Shown here: positions 19,486 through 29,309 of the stretch, one piece after another | How the letters are laid out: every line of letters starts with the position of its first letter | Position numbering within the stretch: position 1 is the first letter of the stretch | From: an uncultured Anaerolineales bacterium | GTDB lineage: Bacteria > Chloroflexota > Anaerolineae > B4-G1 | Assembly (NCBI GenBank): GCA_964575455.1 | Contig: CAZNRX010000001.1 | Coordinates: 112,527 to 176,526, forward strand | DNA: 64,000 nucleotides | Reading direction: 5' to 3' | Notes under the pieces: generated by a model | Told to the model about the DNA's origin: nothing | Seen by the model: the letters and a program-made list of their open reading frames with translations, nothing else | Databases searched by the model: none | Translations under genes and position numbers: made by a program

Positions 19486-19704
19486 ATGAATCTGAGAACG
19501 CGCGCGTTGGTGATAGGTGGTTTGGTCGGTGGGCTGGTCGGCGTGCTGGCCGCTCAGCTCTATCTGCGGTCGGTCGACAGTGAGCTGGACGAGGAGGGGC
19601 AGGTTGATCTTCCCTCCTTTGAACCCAGGGATCTGATCAAGCTGACGCTTAGCGTCCTGGGCACCCTCAAGCTGGTCGATAGTCTGAAGAAGCCCGCGGC
19701 ATAG
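19486..19704 (+). CDS. Small hypothetical membrane protein (72 aa).
   Basis: Strong GAGGAGG RBS 7 nt upstream and an N-terminal TM helix. Preferred over the antisense 181-aa ORF (19444-19989), which has implausible composition. Confidence 0.4.
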   Translation: MNLRTRALVIGGLVGGLVGVLAAQLYLRSVDSELDEEGQVDLPSFEPRDLIKLTLSVLGTLKLVDSLKKPAA

Positions 19705-19818
19705 GTCGCGTGCCAGAACATGTCTCGTGCCTGGAGCGTCGAGTGGCTCTGGAGCGAGCGTGGAAACGACGAAGCTGCTCTTGGGCGCTTCGACGGCCCG
19801 GTCGACAGGGGGGTATCG

Positions 19819-20226
19819 ATGGACTTCACATTCCCGTCTGATGCGTGGATCAAGGCGTTGAGCCGTCGGCTCAACCAGAGTGCGTCGTACGAACGCTCTG
19901 CCAAGGATTGGGAGGGCGATTTTATCTTCATTGTGGAGCCAGACGAGGCCTATGAGGAGACAGCCTACCTCTTTTTGGGCCTCCATCACGGCAAGAGCAC
20001 CAATGCAGCGCTCGTGGAGAGCGAGGATGAGCGAGATGCGGCCTTCGTCATCCGCGCCCCCTTCAGCGTCTGGCGCAGGGTCATCGAGGGAGACCTCGAT
20101 CCCATCCGCGGCATGATGACCCGTCGGCTCAAGCTGTCGGGCAACATGATGAAGATTATGCGCTACCCCAAGGCGGCCCAGGAGATCATCTCCTGTTGCG
20201 CGGAGGTGCCGACCGACTGGAGCTAG
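19819..20226 (+). CDS. SCP2 sterol-binding-domain protein.
   Basis: C-terminal 'MTRRLKLSGNMMKIMRYPKAAQE' is the typical SCP2 helix. Start at MDFTFPSD with a GGGGG RBS; the longer ORF from 19720 lacks an RBS. Confidence 0.65.
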   Translation: MDFTFPSDAWIKALSRRLNQSASYERSAKDWEGDFIFIVEPDEAYEETAYLFLGLHHGKSTNAALVESEDERDAAFVIRAPFSVWRRVIEGDLDPIRGMMTRRLKLSGNMMKIMRYPKAAQEIISCCAEVPTDWS

Positions 20227-20228
20227 CC

Positions 20229-21407
20229 ATGTGGCACTTTGTCTCCCCCCAGATCGTGTTTGGCGAAGGCGCGCTGGACGCCCTCGACGAGCTGCCCCGG
20301 TGGGGTCATACCCAGGGGCGCGCCTTGATCGTTACCGATGCCACGCTGATCGAGTTGGGCCTGGTGGATCGGGTCGTGTCCCGTCTCAACAGCGCGGGGG
20401 TTGACGTGCACCTCTTCGACGCCGTCGAGCCCGAGCCCAGCGTCCAGACCGTGCAGCAGGGCGCGGGGATGGCTCGGGACGTGGCGCCGGATTGGATCGT
20501 CGGCCTTGGCGGCGGATCGTCCATGGATGCGGCGAAGGCGGTCTGGGTGCTGTACGAGCGCCCGGACCTGCAGCCTGCCGAGATCAACCCCTTCATCGAC
20601 CTGGGGCTGCGCCAGAAGGCGCGGCTCATCACCATCCCCACCACCAGCGGCACCGGTGCCGAGGTCACCTGGGCCATTGTGCTCACCGACAGCGCCGAGG
20701 ATCGGAAGATGGGGCTCGGCAACCGGGAGAACGTGGCCGACATGGCCATTGTCGACCCGGAGATGGCGGCCGACATGCCTCCCCGCCTGACGGCCAACAC
20801 TGGCCTCGATGCCCTCACGCACGCCATTGAGGGGTACGTCTGCACCTGGCATACGGATCTGACGGATGGCCTCTGTGTGCACGCCGCTCGGGATGTCTTC
20901 CAGTACCTGCCGCGCGCGGTGGAGGACGGGTCCGACATGGAGGCCCGCGAGCGGATGCACCACGCGGCTACCTCCGCTGGCCTCGGCTTCGGCAACGCCA
21001 TGGCCTCCCTGGCCCACGCCATGGGCCACGCGCTGGGCGCCAGCTTCCACATTCCTCACGGCTGCGCCGTGGGGCTCTGTCTCCCCTACACCATCGAGTT
21101 CGCTGCCCGGACGGCCCCAGAGCGGTGTGCCAGGCTAGCGCAGTGGCTCGGGTTCACCGAGGCCGAGGGTAAGGAGGGGGCTCTCGCGCTGGCTGGCGGT
21201 GTGCGTCGTCTGATGAGCGAGGTCGGCAACCCCACCGCCGTCGCGGACCTGGAGATCGACCGCGTGCTGTATGAGGAGCGGGTGGAGAAGCTGATCGACG
21301 ATGCCTTCAGCGACACCCAGATGGTCACCGCCCCGCGCTCGCCCTCCTACGACGATCTGCGTCAGCTCTTCCTCTGCGCCTACGCCGGGGACGCCGTCGA
21401 CTTCTAA
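20229..21407 (+). CDS. Iron-containing (group III) alcohol dehydrogenase.
   Basis: 'GLGGGSSMDAAKA' NAD-binding motif plus the Fe-ADH His cluster ('HAMGHALGASFHIPHG'). Confidence 0.88.
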   Translation: MWHFVSPQIVFGEGALDALDELPRWGHTQGRALIVTDATLIELGLVDRVVSRLNSAGVDVHLFDAVEPEPSVQTVQQGAGMARDVAPDWIVGLGGGSSMDAAKAVWVLYERPDLQPAEINPFIDLGLRQKARLITIPTTSGTGAEVTWAIVLTDSAEDRKMGLGNRENVADMAIVDPEMAADMPPRLTANTGLDALTHAIEGYVCTWHTDLTDGLCVHAARDVFQYLPRAVEDGSDMEARERMHHAATSAGLGFGNAMASLAHAMGHALGASFHIPHGCAVGLCLPYTIEFAARTAPERCARLAQWLGFTEAEGKEGALALAGGVRRLMSEVGNPTAVADLEIDRVLYEERVEKLIDDAFSDTQMVTAPRSPSYDDLRQLFLCAYAGDAVDF

Positions 21408-21611
21408 CCGCGTCCCCGCGCCACGGCTGTTGGTCGTGAGGCACGCAGCGCAGTGGCGTGCCGTCTCGATGCGGTCAGTAGAGCCTATCATGCCGCTGCG
21501 GCGTGTGTCTGATCGGCCCGGCGATACCTCTCAAGGATCCCCTGCAGCAGGAGAGAAGTCCCAGACAACCTTAAAGTTTTCCCCATGACTCCGGAAAAGC
21601 CCATAAAGTAC

Positions 21612-21640
21612 TAGCAAAAGCAGCCCGCATGCTGTATAAT
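21612..21640 (+). promoter_or_regulatory. Candidate sigma70-type promoter of the dcw operon (-10 TATAAT at 21635-21640, extended TG; weak -35 TAGCAA at 21612-21617).
   Basis: 'gcTGTATAAT' lies ~90 nt upstream of the mraZ start; 17-bp spacer to TAGCAA. Confidence 0.6.
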
Positions 21641-21641
21641 A

Positions 21642-21676
21642 GTGGGCGATTGTGGGGAGAAGTGGGGCATAGTGGG
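21642..21676 (+). promoter_or_regulatory. MraZ operator: four direct GTGGG repeats at exactly 10-bp spacing, immediately downstream of the -10 box.
   Basis: GTGGG at 21642, 21652, 21662 and 21672. Known MraZ operators are direct GTGGG repeats separated by 5-nt spacers overlapping the Pmra promoter. Confidence 0.8.
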
Positions 21677-21730
21677 ATATCTGCCCTTCGCTATGCTCCT
21701 CTTTTGCGCTCAGGTGGGGATTACGCCGAC

Positions 21731-22159
21731 ATGTTTCTGGGAGAGTTTGTTCACACCCTCGACAGCAAGGGGCGACTGACCGTTCCTGCCAAGTTCCGTG
21801 CGGATCTGGACACGAGCTTGGTGGTCACCCGGTGGATGGATCGCTGCCTGGCGATGTTCCCCATGGCCGAGTGGGAGCAGCTGGCCGCGCGAGTGAGTGA
21901 CCTGCCCATGACCGATCGGCGGGCACGGGCGCTCAAGCGGTTCCTTTTCTCCAGTGCTTCTCATGTCTCTCCTGACAATCAGGGACGTGTTCTCATTCCT
22001 CCCCGTCTGCGCGAATACGCTGGCCTCGACGGCGAGGTCGTCGTAGCTGGTCTCAACAACTACATAGAGATCTGGGGCACCGATGCTTGGGGGGACGAAC
22101 GGGAGCGTGTTGAAGGGGACGATGTCGAAGCTGAGGGTTGGGCGGCGTTGGGTATTTGA
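21731..22159 (+). CDS. mraZ: Transcriptional regulator MraZ.
   Basis: Duplicated 'DxxGR' modules ('[14 protein letters not shown]', '[13 protein letters not shown]'). Start at MFLGEF; the listed ORF begins 34 codons earlier, inside the operator. Confidence 0.9.
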   Translation: MFLGEFVHTLDSKGRLTVPAKFRADLDTSLVVTRWMDRCLAMFPMAEWEQLAARVSDLPMTDRRARALKRFLFSSASHVSPDNQGRVLIPPRLREYAGLDGEVVVAGLNNYIEIWGTDAWGDERERVEGDDVEAEGWAALGI

Positions 22160-23124
22160 TGGATGACACGCGAAGGGAGACGGCTCACATACCCGTGCTT
22201 CCTGATGAGGTCATCGATGGCCTCCAGGCGGAGCGCGGCGGGCGGTTCATCGACTGCACGGTCGGGGGAGGGGGGCACGCCGGCGCGATTCTGGAGGCCT
22301 CGGCTCCCGATGGCGTCTTGCTTGGCCTGGATCTGGATCCAGCGGCGCTGGAAATGGCCTCGGATCGCTTGGCCCGCTTTGGAGATCGGGCTCAGTTCGT
22401 CCATGCCTCTTTCGCCCGGCTGAAGGAGGTAGTGCGGGCTCACGGTTTCGCAGGGGAGCGATCGTGGGTCGATGGGATTCTGTTTGATCTAGGTCTGTCG
22501 TCGCTGCAGCTGGCGGACGCCGAACGTGGCTTCTCGTTCATGGCCGACGGGCCGCTCGACATGCGCTTTGATCCCACCTCGGGCGATCCGACGGCCGCCG
22601 ATCTGGTCAATAAGCTCTCTGAGGAAGAGCTGGCGGACATCTTCTATCACTATGGCGAGGAGAGACAGTCGCGTCGCATTGCCGGGGCCATCGTCGAAGC
22701 GAGACCGCTCCATACCACCGGCGAGCTGGCCCAGGTCGTGGAGCAGGCGGTGGGGAGGCGGCGCGGAAGGCTCCACCCGGCGACGCTCACGTTTCAGGCC
22801 CTGCGGATCGCGGTCAACGAGGAGTTGAACGCCATAAGGTCCGCTTTGCCCCAGGCCGTCGAGCTTCTGGCGCCCGGCGGTCGGTTGGCCGTGATAGCCT
22901 TCCATTCCCTGGAGGATCGCATCGTTAAGCGCTTCATGCGCCGCGAGAGCAAGGATTGCATCTGCCCGCCCGAGTTGCCAATCTGCACCTGTGATCATCA
23001 AGCGACGCTTAACGTGATCACACGAAAGCCTATCAGGCCGACCGAGGAGGAGGTGGCGGCCAACCCTCGTTCTCGTTCGGCTCGACTCCGAGTGGGGGCA
23101 CGTCGCCCAAGGCAGGGGGAGTGA
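22159..23124 (+). CDS. rsmH: 16S rRNA (cytosine1402-N4)-methyltransferase RsmH (MraW).
   Basis: 'HIPVL', '[10 protein letters not shown]' and 'DLGLSS' motifs. The ATG overlaps the mraZ stop (TGATG). Confidence 0.92.
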   Translation: MDDTRRETAHIPVLPDEVIDGLQAERGGRFIDCTVGGGGHAGAILEASAPDGVLLGLDLDPAALEMASDRLARFGDRAQFVHASFARLKEVVRAHGFAGERSWVDGILFDLGLSSLQLADAERGFSFMADGPLDMRFDPTSGDPTAADLVNKLSEEELADIFYHYGEERQSRRIAGAIVEARPLHTTGELAQVVEQAVGRRRGRLHPATLTFQALRIAVNEELNAIRSALPQAVELLAPGGRLAVIAFHSLEDRIVKRFMRRESKDCICPPELPICTCDHQATLNVITRKPIRPTEEEVAANPRSRSARLRVGARRPRQGE

Positions 23125-23127
23125 ACA

Positions 23128-23457
23128 TTGTCTGAGTTCCTGGATTGGGTCAGCCACGGCGTGAAGCGGGGACGGCTGGAGCTGGACTCGCGCCCGCTGA
23201 TGGTGCTATTCGCCATCGGCGTCGTGCTGACGCTGGTAGCGGCTCTCTACCTGGGGCTCGTCAGTCGGACCGCGGCGCAGGGGCGTCGCATCGAGCAGCT
23301 GCAGACGGACGTGTTTTGCATGCAGCGCGAGAACCAGCAGCTGGCGGTGGAGATCGCTGAGGCGAGCGCCATCCCCCAGCTCATGGAGCGGGCAAGGGCG
23401 TTGGGCTTTGTGCCTGCGGAGCGGGTGGAGTTTCTGAACGGCGGGAGTAGGGAATAG
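23128..23457 (+). CDS. ftsL: Cell division protein FtsL-like (small bitopic).
   Basis: Single TM followed by a coiled-coil region, at the conserved position between rsmH and ftsI; TTG start. Confidence 0.6.
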   Translation: MSEFLDWVSHGVKRGRLELDSRPLMVLFAIGVVLTLVAALYLGLVSRTAAQGRRIEQLQTDVFCMQRENQQLAVEIAEASAIPQLMERARALGFVPAERVEFLNGGSRE

Positions 23458-23467
23458 GGAGTGGGCC

Positions 23468-25234
23468 ATGGCTGAGGGACCGAGGCGCAGGCTTTTGCTG
23501 ATGATCGCCTTGCTAGCGCTGGCGGTGGTGATCACCGTGGTGCAGCTGGTCAAGGTTCAGATCGTCGATCATGAGTTCTACACCAACTGGGCCAAGGAGC
23601 AGCGCGTGAGGGCGGTCAAGATGGCCCAGCCTCCACGGGGCGCGATTCACGATCGGGATGGATATCTTTTGGCCGGCAACGGGGTCAGGTACGCCATCGA
23701 AGCAGCCCCGGCCTACGTGATGAAGAAGCAAGAGGCGGCGGAGGCGTTGGCGTCGGTGCTGCATATGCCGGCCTCGCATTTGGAGGCCCAGTTAAGCAAG
23801 CGCGGCGAGAACGGGCACTACAAGATGTGGGTTTCCGTGGCTGGGTCCGTCTCCCGGGAGATGGGCGAGGCGGTCACTGAGCTGGACATCGGCGGTATCA
23901 CGGTCAGACCGCTCTGGCAGCGAGTGTATCCTGAGGACTCGCTGGCGTCTCATACGCTGGGCTTTGTCAGCGTGGTGACGGGCTACTATGGCGTCGAGGG
24001 CTTCTACAACGCGATGCTCCAGCCCGAGCCGATCAGATGGGTGGGGCCGGTGGACGTCGAGAGCGTGCCCATTCCTTGGGAGCCTGTCGAGGGGGAGTTC
24101 CCTCGCCGCGGCGTGAATCTGGAGCTGACGCTGGATCGCACGGTGCAGGCGCTGGTGGAGGCCGAGCTGGCACACGCTCTGGAGACGTATCAGGCTGAGT
24201 CGGGGACGATCATCGTCATGGAGCCGGAGACGTTCGGGATTCTAGGCATGGCCAGCCTGCCCAGCTACGATCCTGAGGACTACGCTCGGTTCGCCAATCA
24301 AGAGCCCCTGTTGTTTGAGGATCCGGCGGTGAGCAGGCAGTACGAGCCCGGTTCCGTGTTCAAGATCGTGACGGTGGCGGCAGCGCTGGACAGTGGGACC
24401 GTGATGCCGGACAGCGTCTATCACGATCGGGGCTGGATCGAGGTGGGCGGGCGCGCGATCCATAACGCCTCGCGCCAGTCCTACGGGGATCAGTCGGTGA
24501 TCGACATCCTCGTCAAGTCTCTCAACGTGGGGGCCGCGTGGCTGAGCACGAAGATGGGACCAGACATCTTCTATCAATACGCGCAGGACTTTGGCTTTGG
24601 TGAGATGACTCACGTCGATCTGAACGGAGAGGTGCGAGGTCAGCTGTGGCTGCCGGAGGATGTTGAGGATTGGTCCCCCTCCCATTTGGGGACGAACGCC
24701 TTTGGGCAGGGCGTGGCGGTGACGCCGCTGCAGATGGTCACCGCGATGGCGACCGTGGCCAACGATGGAGCCCGCCTTCGGCCTCACATCGTGCATCGCC
24801 GCGTGGCCTCCGACGGGACCCCGTCGGTCTTCCATCCGGTCTTCCAGGAGCAGGTGCTGGCCCCAGAGACCGCTCGTACGCTCACGGATATGTTGGTGCA
24901 GGTGGTTGAAGAGGGAGCGACCCAGGCCAGGGTGGAGGGATACCGGGTTGCGGGCAAGACCGGCACGGCTCAGATTCCCATCCCGGGCGGCTATGACCCG
25001 GAGGGCGCCATCGCCACATTTGTGGGCTTTGGGCCTGTGCCGGATGCAGGGTCGACGGGCGATTTCGCCCAGGTACCCGAGTTGGTCGTCCTGGTGAAGC
25101 TGGATCGCCCCCAGAGCTCGCCGTGGGCGTCCCAGACGGCGGCGCCGACGTTCCAGCGGCTGACGGCACGGCTGTTCACCATGTTGGGCATCCCGCCCAG
25201 CAGCGGCGAGTTGATGGCGGAGGTGGGACCGTGA
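23468..25234 (+). CDS. ftsI: Peptidoglycan D,D-transpeptidase FtsI (class B PBP).
   Basis: N-terminal TM, dimerisation domain, and transpeptidase motifs (SxxK 'SVFK', SxN, 'KTGT'). Confidence 0.9.
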   Translation: MAEGPRRRLLLMIALLALAVVITVVQLVKVQIVDHEFYTNWAKEQRVRAVKMAQPPRGAIHDRDGYLLAGNGVRYAIEAAPAYVMKKQEAAEALASVLHMPASHLEAQLSKRGENGHYKMWVSVAGSVSREMGEAVTELDIGGITVRPLWQRVYPEDSLASHTLGFVSVVTGYYGVEGFYNAMLQPEPIRWVGPVDVESVPIPWEPVEGEFPRRGVNLELTLDRTVQALVEAELAHALETYQAESGTIIVMEPETFGILGMASLPSYDPEDYARFANQEPLLFEDPAVSRQYEPGSVFKIVTVAAALDSGTVMPDSVYHDRGWIEVGGRAIHNASRQSYGDQSVIDILVKSLNVGAAWLSTKMGPDIFYQYAQDFGFGEMTHVDLNGEVRGQLWLPEDVEDWSPSHLGTNAFGQGVAVTPLQMVTAMATVANDGARLRPHIVHRRVASDGTPSVFHPVFQEQVLAPETARTLTDMLVQVVEEGATQARVEGYRVAGKTGTAQIPIPGGYDPEGAIATFVGFGPVPDAGSTGDFAQVPELVVLVKLDRPQSSPWASQTAAPTFQRLTARLFTMLGIPPSSGELMAEVGP

Positions 25235-26727
25235 CGGGAAAGCGTCTGACGCTGGCGGACGTCCTGGAGGGCCTACGGGTGTCGTCCACCGCCGTCGACC
25301 AGCGGCCTGAGGCGCTGCGGCAAGAGATAACGACCGTCGTCATCGATTCCCGCAACGCCAGGCCCGGGGCCTTGTTCTTCGCCTTCGAGGGCGAGCACGC
25401 GGACGGGCACGACTACGTGGGAGACGCCTTCTCTCGGGGGGCCGTCGCGGCCGTCGTGCAGCGCGACGTGCCCGGGGTTGACGCTCTCACGCTGGATTTG
25501 ACGACCCGGGACGCGAAGGGCACTCGAAGCGCGCTGTCGGGAGGGCTGGAGGTGCCGCTGGTGCTGAAGGTCGATCAGACGCTGCCAGCGCTGCAGCGTC
25601 TGGCCACCTTCTGGCGGCGATGTCAGGTCGGGCTGCGCGTCGTCGGTATCACGGGGAGCGTCGGGAAGACCACCACGAAGGAGCTAGCGGCGGCGGTACT
25701 CGCCCGTCGCTATGCGACGATCAAGAGCGAGGCCAGTTATAACAACGAGATCGGCCTGCCGCTGACGCTGCTCCACGTGACCGCCGACCACGAGCGTGTT
25801 GTGTTGGAGATGGGGATGTATGACCTGGGCGAGATCGCGGATCTCGCTCGCATCGCTCAGCCCCACATCGGCGTGGTTACCATCGTCCGGCCGGTGCATC
25901 TGGAGCGCGCTGGGTCATTCGAGCGCATCGTGAAGGCCAAGACGGAGTTGGTCAGCGCGCTGCCGCCCGGGCCGGAGGGCGTGGCGATCCTGAACTACGA
26001 TGATGAGAACGTGCGGAACATGGCCGGAGCGACGGAGGCTGACGTCTTCACCTACGGGTTGTCTCCCGAGGCTGATCTCTGGGCTGATCAGATCGAGGGG
26101 TTGGGGTTGGAAGGCGTCCGCTTCCGGCTCCATCACGAGGATGAGACCCTCCACGTGAGGGTGCCGCTCCTGGGGCGGCATTCCGTCCACACCTCGCTGC
26201 GCGCCGCCGCGGTTGGCCTGGTCGAGGGGCTCACCTGGCAGGAGATTGTGGAAGGCCTGCGGGGCGTGGAGCCATCGGATCAGCTGCGGCTGGTGGCCGT
26301 GCGAGGCCCGGCCAGCGCCACGATCCTGGACGATACGTACAACGCCAGTCCGGCCTCAACTATCGCGGCACTGAACTTGTTGGACGAGTTGGAGGGGCGA
26401 AAGATCGCTGTCTTGGGCGACATGCTGGAGCTGGGCGACTACGAGCGTGAGGGACACGAGAAGGTCGGGATGCGCGTGCTGGAGGTGGCCGACGTGCTCG
26501 TCACGCTGGGATCGTTAGGGCGCATCATCGGCGAGACCACGCTCCGTTGGGGGATGTCGCCCGACGCCGTCCACGTGTTGGAGGAGAGGGAGGAGGTCGT
26601 TCGCCTGTTGGAGGATATGTTGGAGGAGGATGGGGCGCCGCGATCCGTCGTCTTGGTGAAGGGCTCGCGAGCCCTGAGGATGGAGGAGATCGTCAACTCC
26701 CTGAGTCGCGACCTTCCCGAAGGCTGA
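25231..26727 (+). CDS. murF: UDP-N-acetylmuramoyl-tripeptide--D-alanyl-D-alanine ligase MurF.
   Basis: 'GITGSVGKTTTKE' and 'NNEIGLPLTLL' MurF signatures. The GTG start overlaps the ftsI stop (GTGA). No murE precedes it. Confidence 0.85.
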   Translation: MTGKRLTLADVLEGLRVSSTAVDQRPEALRQEITTVVIDSRNARPGALFFAFEGEHADGHDYVGDAFSRGAVAAVVQRDVPGVDALTLDLTTRDAKGTRSALSGGLEVPLVLKVDQTLPALQRLATFWRRCQVGLRVVGITGSVGKTTTKELAAAVLARRYATIKSEASYNNEIGLPLTLLHVTADHERVVLEMGMYDLGEIADLARIAQPHIGVVTIVRPVHLERAGSFERIVKAKTELVSALPPGPEGVAILNYDDENVRNMAGATEADVFTYGLSPEADLWADQIEGLGLEGVRFRLHHEDETLHVRVPLLGRHSVHTSLRAAAVGLVEGLTWQEIVEGLRGVEPSDQLRLVAVRGPASATILDDTYNASPASTIAALNLLDELEGRKIAVLGDMLELGDYEREGHEKVGMRVLEVADVLVTLGSLGRIIGETTLRWGMSPDAVHVLEEREEVVRLLEDMLEEDGAPRSVVLVKGSRALRMEEIVNSLSRDLPEG

Positions 26728-26755
26728 ACATAAGCTTCCGGGAGAGGTGTTTGAT

Positions 26756-27760
26756 ATGGACAGAGCGCTTATTCTGGCGAGTATCTCGTTTCTGCTGGCG
26801 GTGGTGTGGGGGCCGCTGTTGATCCGCATCCTCCGCCACTACCAGATCGGCAAGCGCATTCGCATCGACGGTCCCAGTGACCACCAGAGCAAGATGGGGA
26901 CGCCAACCATGGGCGGGCTGATGATCGTGGTGCCGGTGCTCCTCATCACGCTCGTGTTGAACATTTACAATCTGTTGGGGCGCACCTTGATCGGACGCTC
27001 AATTCTGGTGCCGCTGGGCGTGATGGTGGCCTACGCTCTGATCGGCGCGATAGATGACTTGGCCGGGGTCCGCGGCGTCCGGCGTGGCCTGGGGCTGACG
27101 GCAGGGCGCAAGCTTCTCTGGGAGATCCCCCTGACGTTGGGCATTGCCGTGTTCATGCTCGTCTCTGATGTCCAGTTCGCGGGGCAAGTCGGCGTGCCGG
27201 GTGTTGCCGAGATGGTCAACGTAGGCTGGGTGTGGGTGCCGCTTGCCATGTTCATCATCCTGAGCTCCGCCAATGCGATGAATCTGACCGACGGGTTGGA
27301 TGGGCTGGCCGGGATCATCGTCGCCAGCGCCTTTGCTGCCTACGGCATCATCGCCCGGCTGCAGGGTCAGTTCTACCTGATTCGCTTCTGCTTCACCGTG
27401 GTGGGGGCCTCCTTTGCGTTCCTTTGGTACAACGCCCATCCGGCCCAGATGTTCATGGGCGATACCGGCAGCCTGGCCCTCGGCGCGACGCTAGGCACGG
27501 TGGCGTTGATGACGGGGCAGTGGCTGCTGCTGCCTGTCGTCATCCTGATTCCAGTGGCGGAGACGCTGTCGGTCATCATCCAGGTGCTCTATTTCAAGTA
27601 CACCAAGCGCCGGTTCGGCCAGGGGAGGCGGGTCTTCAAGATGAGCCCACTCCACCATCATTTTGAGCTGTTAGGCTGGTCCGAGACGCAGGTTGTGCAG
27701 CGCTTCTGGCTGGTGGAGCTCCTGGCGGCGATGGCCGGTGTCGCGTTGGCGCTGCTGTAG
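26756..27760 (+). CDS. mraY: Phospho-N-acetylmuramoyl-pentapeptide transferase MraY.
   Basis: Polytopic; 'DDLAGV', 'NLTDGLDGLA' and 'MGDTGSLALG' motifs. GGAGAGG RBS. Confidence 0.92.
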   Translation: MDRALILASISFLLAVVWGPLLIRILRHYQIGKRIRIDGPSDHQSKMGTPTMGGLMIVVPVLLITLVLNIYNLLGRTLIGRSILVPLGVMVAYALIGAIDDLAGVRGVRRGLGLTAGRKLLWEIPLTLGIAVFMLVSDVQFAGQVGVPGVAEMVNVGWVWVPLAMFIILSSANAMNLTDGLDGLAGIIVASAFAAYGIIARLQGQFYLIRFCFTVVGASFAFLWYNAHPAQMFMGDTGSLALGATLGTVALMTGQWLLLPVVILIPVAETLSVIIQVLYFKYTKRRFGQGRRVFKMSPLHHHFELLGWSETQVVQRFWLVELLAAMAGVALALL

Positions 27761-27857
27761 TGTGCAAGTGGGCGAGCGCCCAAGTGCCAACCAGCGGCGC
27801 TAGGCCAGCGTCCCAACGTCTAGACGTTACAACGTTCAAACGTTCCAACGAGTTGTT

Positions 27858-29309
27858 ATGGAAGGAGAGAGACTGAAGGACCAACACGTGGTGATCCTCG
27901 GCCTGGCCCGTCAGGGGGTGGCGCTGGCCCGTTACCTGACTCAGGTCGGCGCCGAGGTGACGGTTTCCGATCTACAGGACGAGGATACCCTGGCCGACGA
28001 AATGGAACAGCTGGCGGATCTTTCGATACGTTATGCCCTGGGTGGCCATCCGATCCATCTGCTGGACGACGCTGATCTCCTGTGCCTCAGTGGCGGGGTG
28101 CCGTTGGACATACCCATCGTCGAAGCAGCGCGGGAGCGAGGTGTCCCTCTCAGCAACGACGCGCAGATCTTCCTGGATCGCTGCCCGGCGCCCGTCATCG
28201 GCATCACGGGCTCGGCTGGCAAGACGACGACCACGGCGTTGGTGGGCGAGATGTGCCGCGCCGCCGGGCTGCGTACCTGGGTGGGAGGCAACATCGGCAA
28301 TCCGCTCATCACCGACCTGCTGGGCGCGGGGCGGGCCGCGATAGGGCCTGATGACTGCGTGGTGATGGAGCTATCCAGCTTCCAGCTGGAGCTGATGACC
28401 GCCAGCCCCCATATCGCGGCGGTGCTCAACGTCACGCCTAACCACCTGGATCGGCATAAGACGATGGAGGCCTACGTGGCGGCCAAGCAGAACATCTTGG
28501 CGCATCAAACCGGCGCGGACATAGCGCTGCTCGGGTACGATGACGCCAACGCACGGGCTCTGGCCCTGGAGACGCCGGCGCAGCTGTTCTTCTTCAGCAG
28601 TGGCGCCGAGGTGGAGGCGGGGGCGTTCAAGACCAACGGTGAATTGACGCTCCGGATGGGAGGGGAGGATCGCGAGATCTGCAAGGCCTCGCAGGTGAAG
28701 TTGCTGGGCGAGCATAATCTGCTTAACGTACTGGCGGCGAGCGCCTTGGCCAGCCTGGCCGGGGCCCCCTTGGAGGCAATTAGCGAGGTGGCCACCACGT
28801 TCACGGGTGTGGAGCATCGCTTGGAGCTCGTGCAGGAGGTGGCCGGCCCGGACGGCTCGGGCCGCATCCTCTGGTACGACGATTCCATCGCCACGGCTCC
28901 GGAGCGCGTGTTGGCCGCGATGCGTTCGTTTGAGGATACCGGATCGCAGCGGTCGACCATCGTTCTTCTCGCCGGTGGACGGGACAAGGATCTGCCGTGG
29001 GACGCGTTTGCCGAGGAGACGGTCCGTCGCGTGCGGCAGTTGATCACCTTCGGTGAGGCCGGTCCGATGATCGCTAGAGAGGTGGAGGGGAAGACGGGGA
29101 GAGGGGCAGGGCTCGAGGGCATCACGCGTGTGGAGACGCTGGAGGAGGCTGTGGAGGCTGCCGCCCGCCTGGCCGAACCGGGGGACGTGGTGTTGTTCTC
29201 GCCGGGCGGTACCAGCTTTGACGCCTTCAAGGACTTCGCCGAGCGCGGCGATCGATTCAAGGCGCTCGTACGGGAGATCTGCGGGAGGGAGCGGAATCGC
29301 TATGGATAA
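27858..29309 (+). CDS. murD: UDP-N-acetylmuramoylalanine--D-glutamate ligase MurD.
   Basis: 'ILGLARQG' Rossmann N-terminus and 'GITGSAGKTTT' P-loop; ligase C-terminal domain. Confidence 0.9.
   Translation: MEGERLKDQHVVILGLARQGVALARYLTQVGAEVTVSDLQDEDTLADEMEQLADLSIRYALGGHPIHLLDDADLLCLSGGVPLDIPIVEAARERGVPLSNDAQIFLDRCPAPVIGITGSAGKTTTTALVGEMCRAAGLRTWVGGNIGNPLITDLLGAGRAAIGPDDCVVMELSSFQLELMTASPHIAAVLNVTPNHLDRHKTMEAYVAAKQNILAHQTGADIALLGYDDANARALALETPAQLFFFSSGAEVEAGAFKTNGELTLRMGGEDREICKASQVKLLGEHNLLNVLAASALASLAGAPLEAISEVATTFTGVEHRLELVQEVAGPDGSGRILWYDDSIATAPERVLAAMRSFEDTGSQRSTIVLLAGGRDKDLPWDAFAEETVRRVRQLITFGEAGPMIAREVEGKTGRGAGLEGITRVETLEEAVEAAARLAEPGDVVLFSPGGTSFDAFKDFAERGDRFKALVREICGRERNRYG

Noticed and set aside
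19444-19989. 181-aa minus-strand ORF.
   Set aside because: It is antisense to two RBS-preceded small + strand genes and the SCP2 gene 5' end, and its composition is not protein-like.
21438-21460. Hairpin GGCACGC-N9-GCGTGCC after the alcohol dehydrogenase gene as an intrinsic terminator.
   Set aside because: The stem is short and there is no U-tract; it is plausible but too weak to call. The same applies to CTGCGC…GCGCAG after ftsZ at ~39592-39612.
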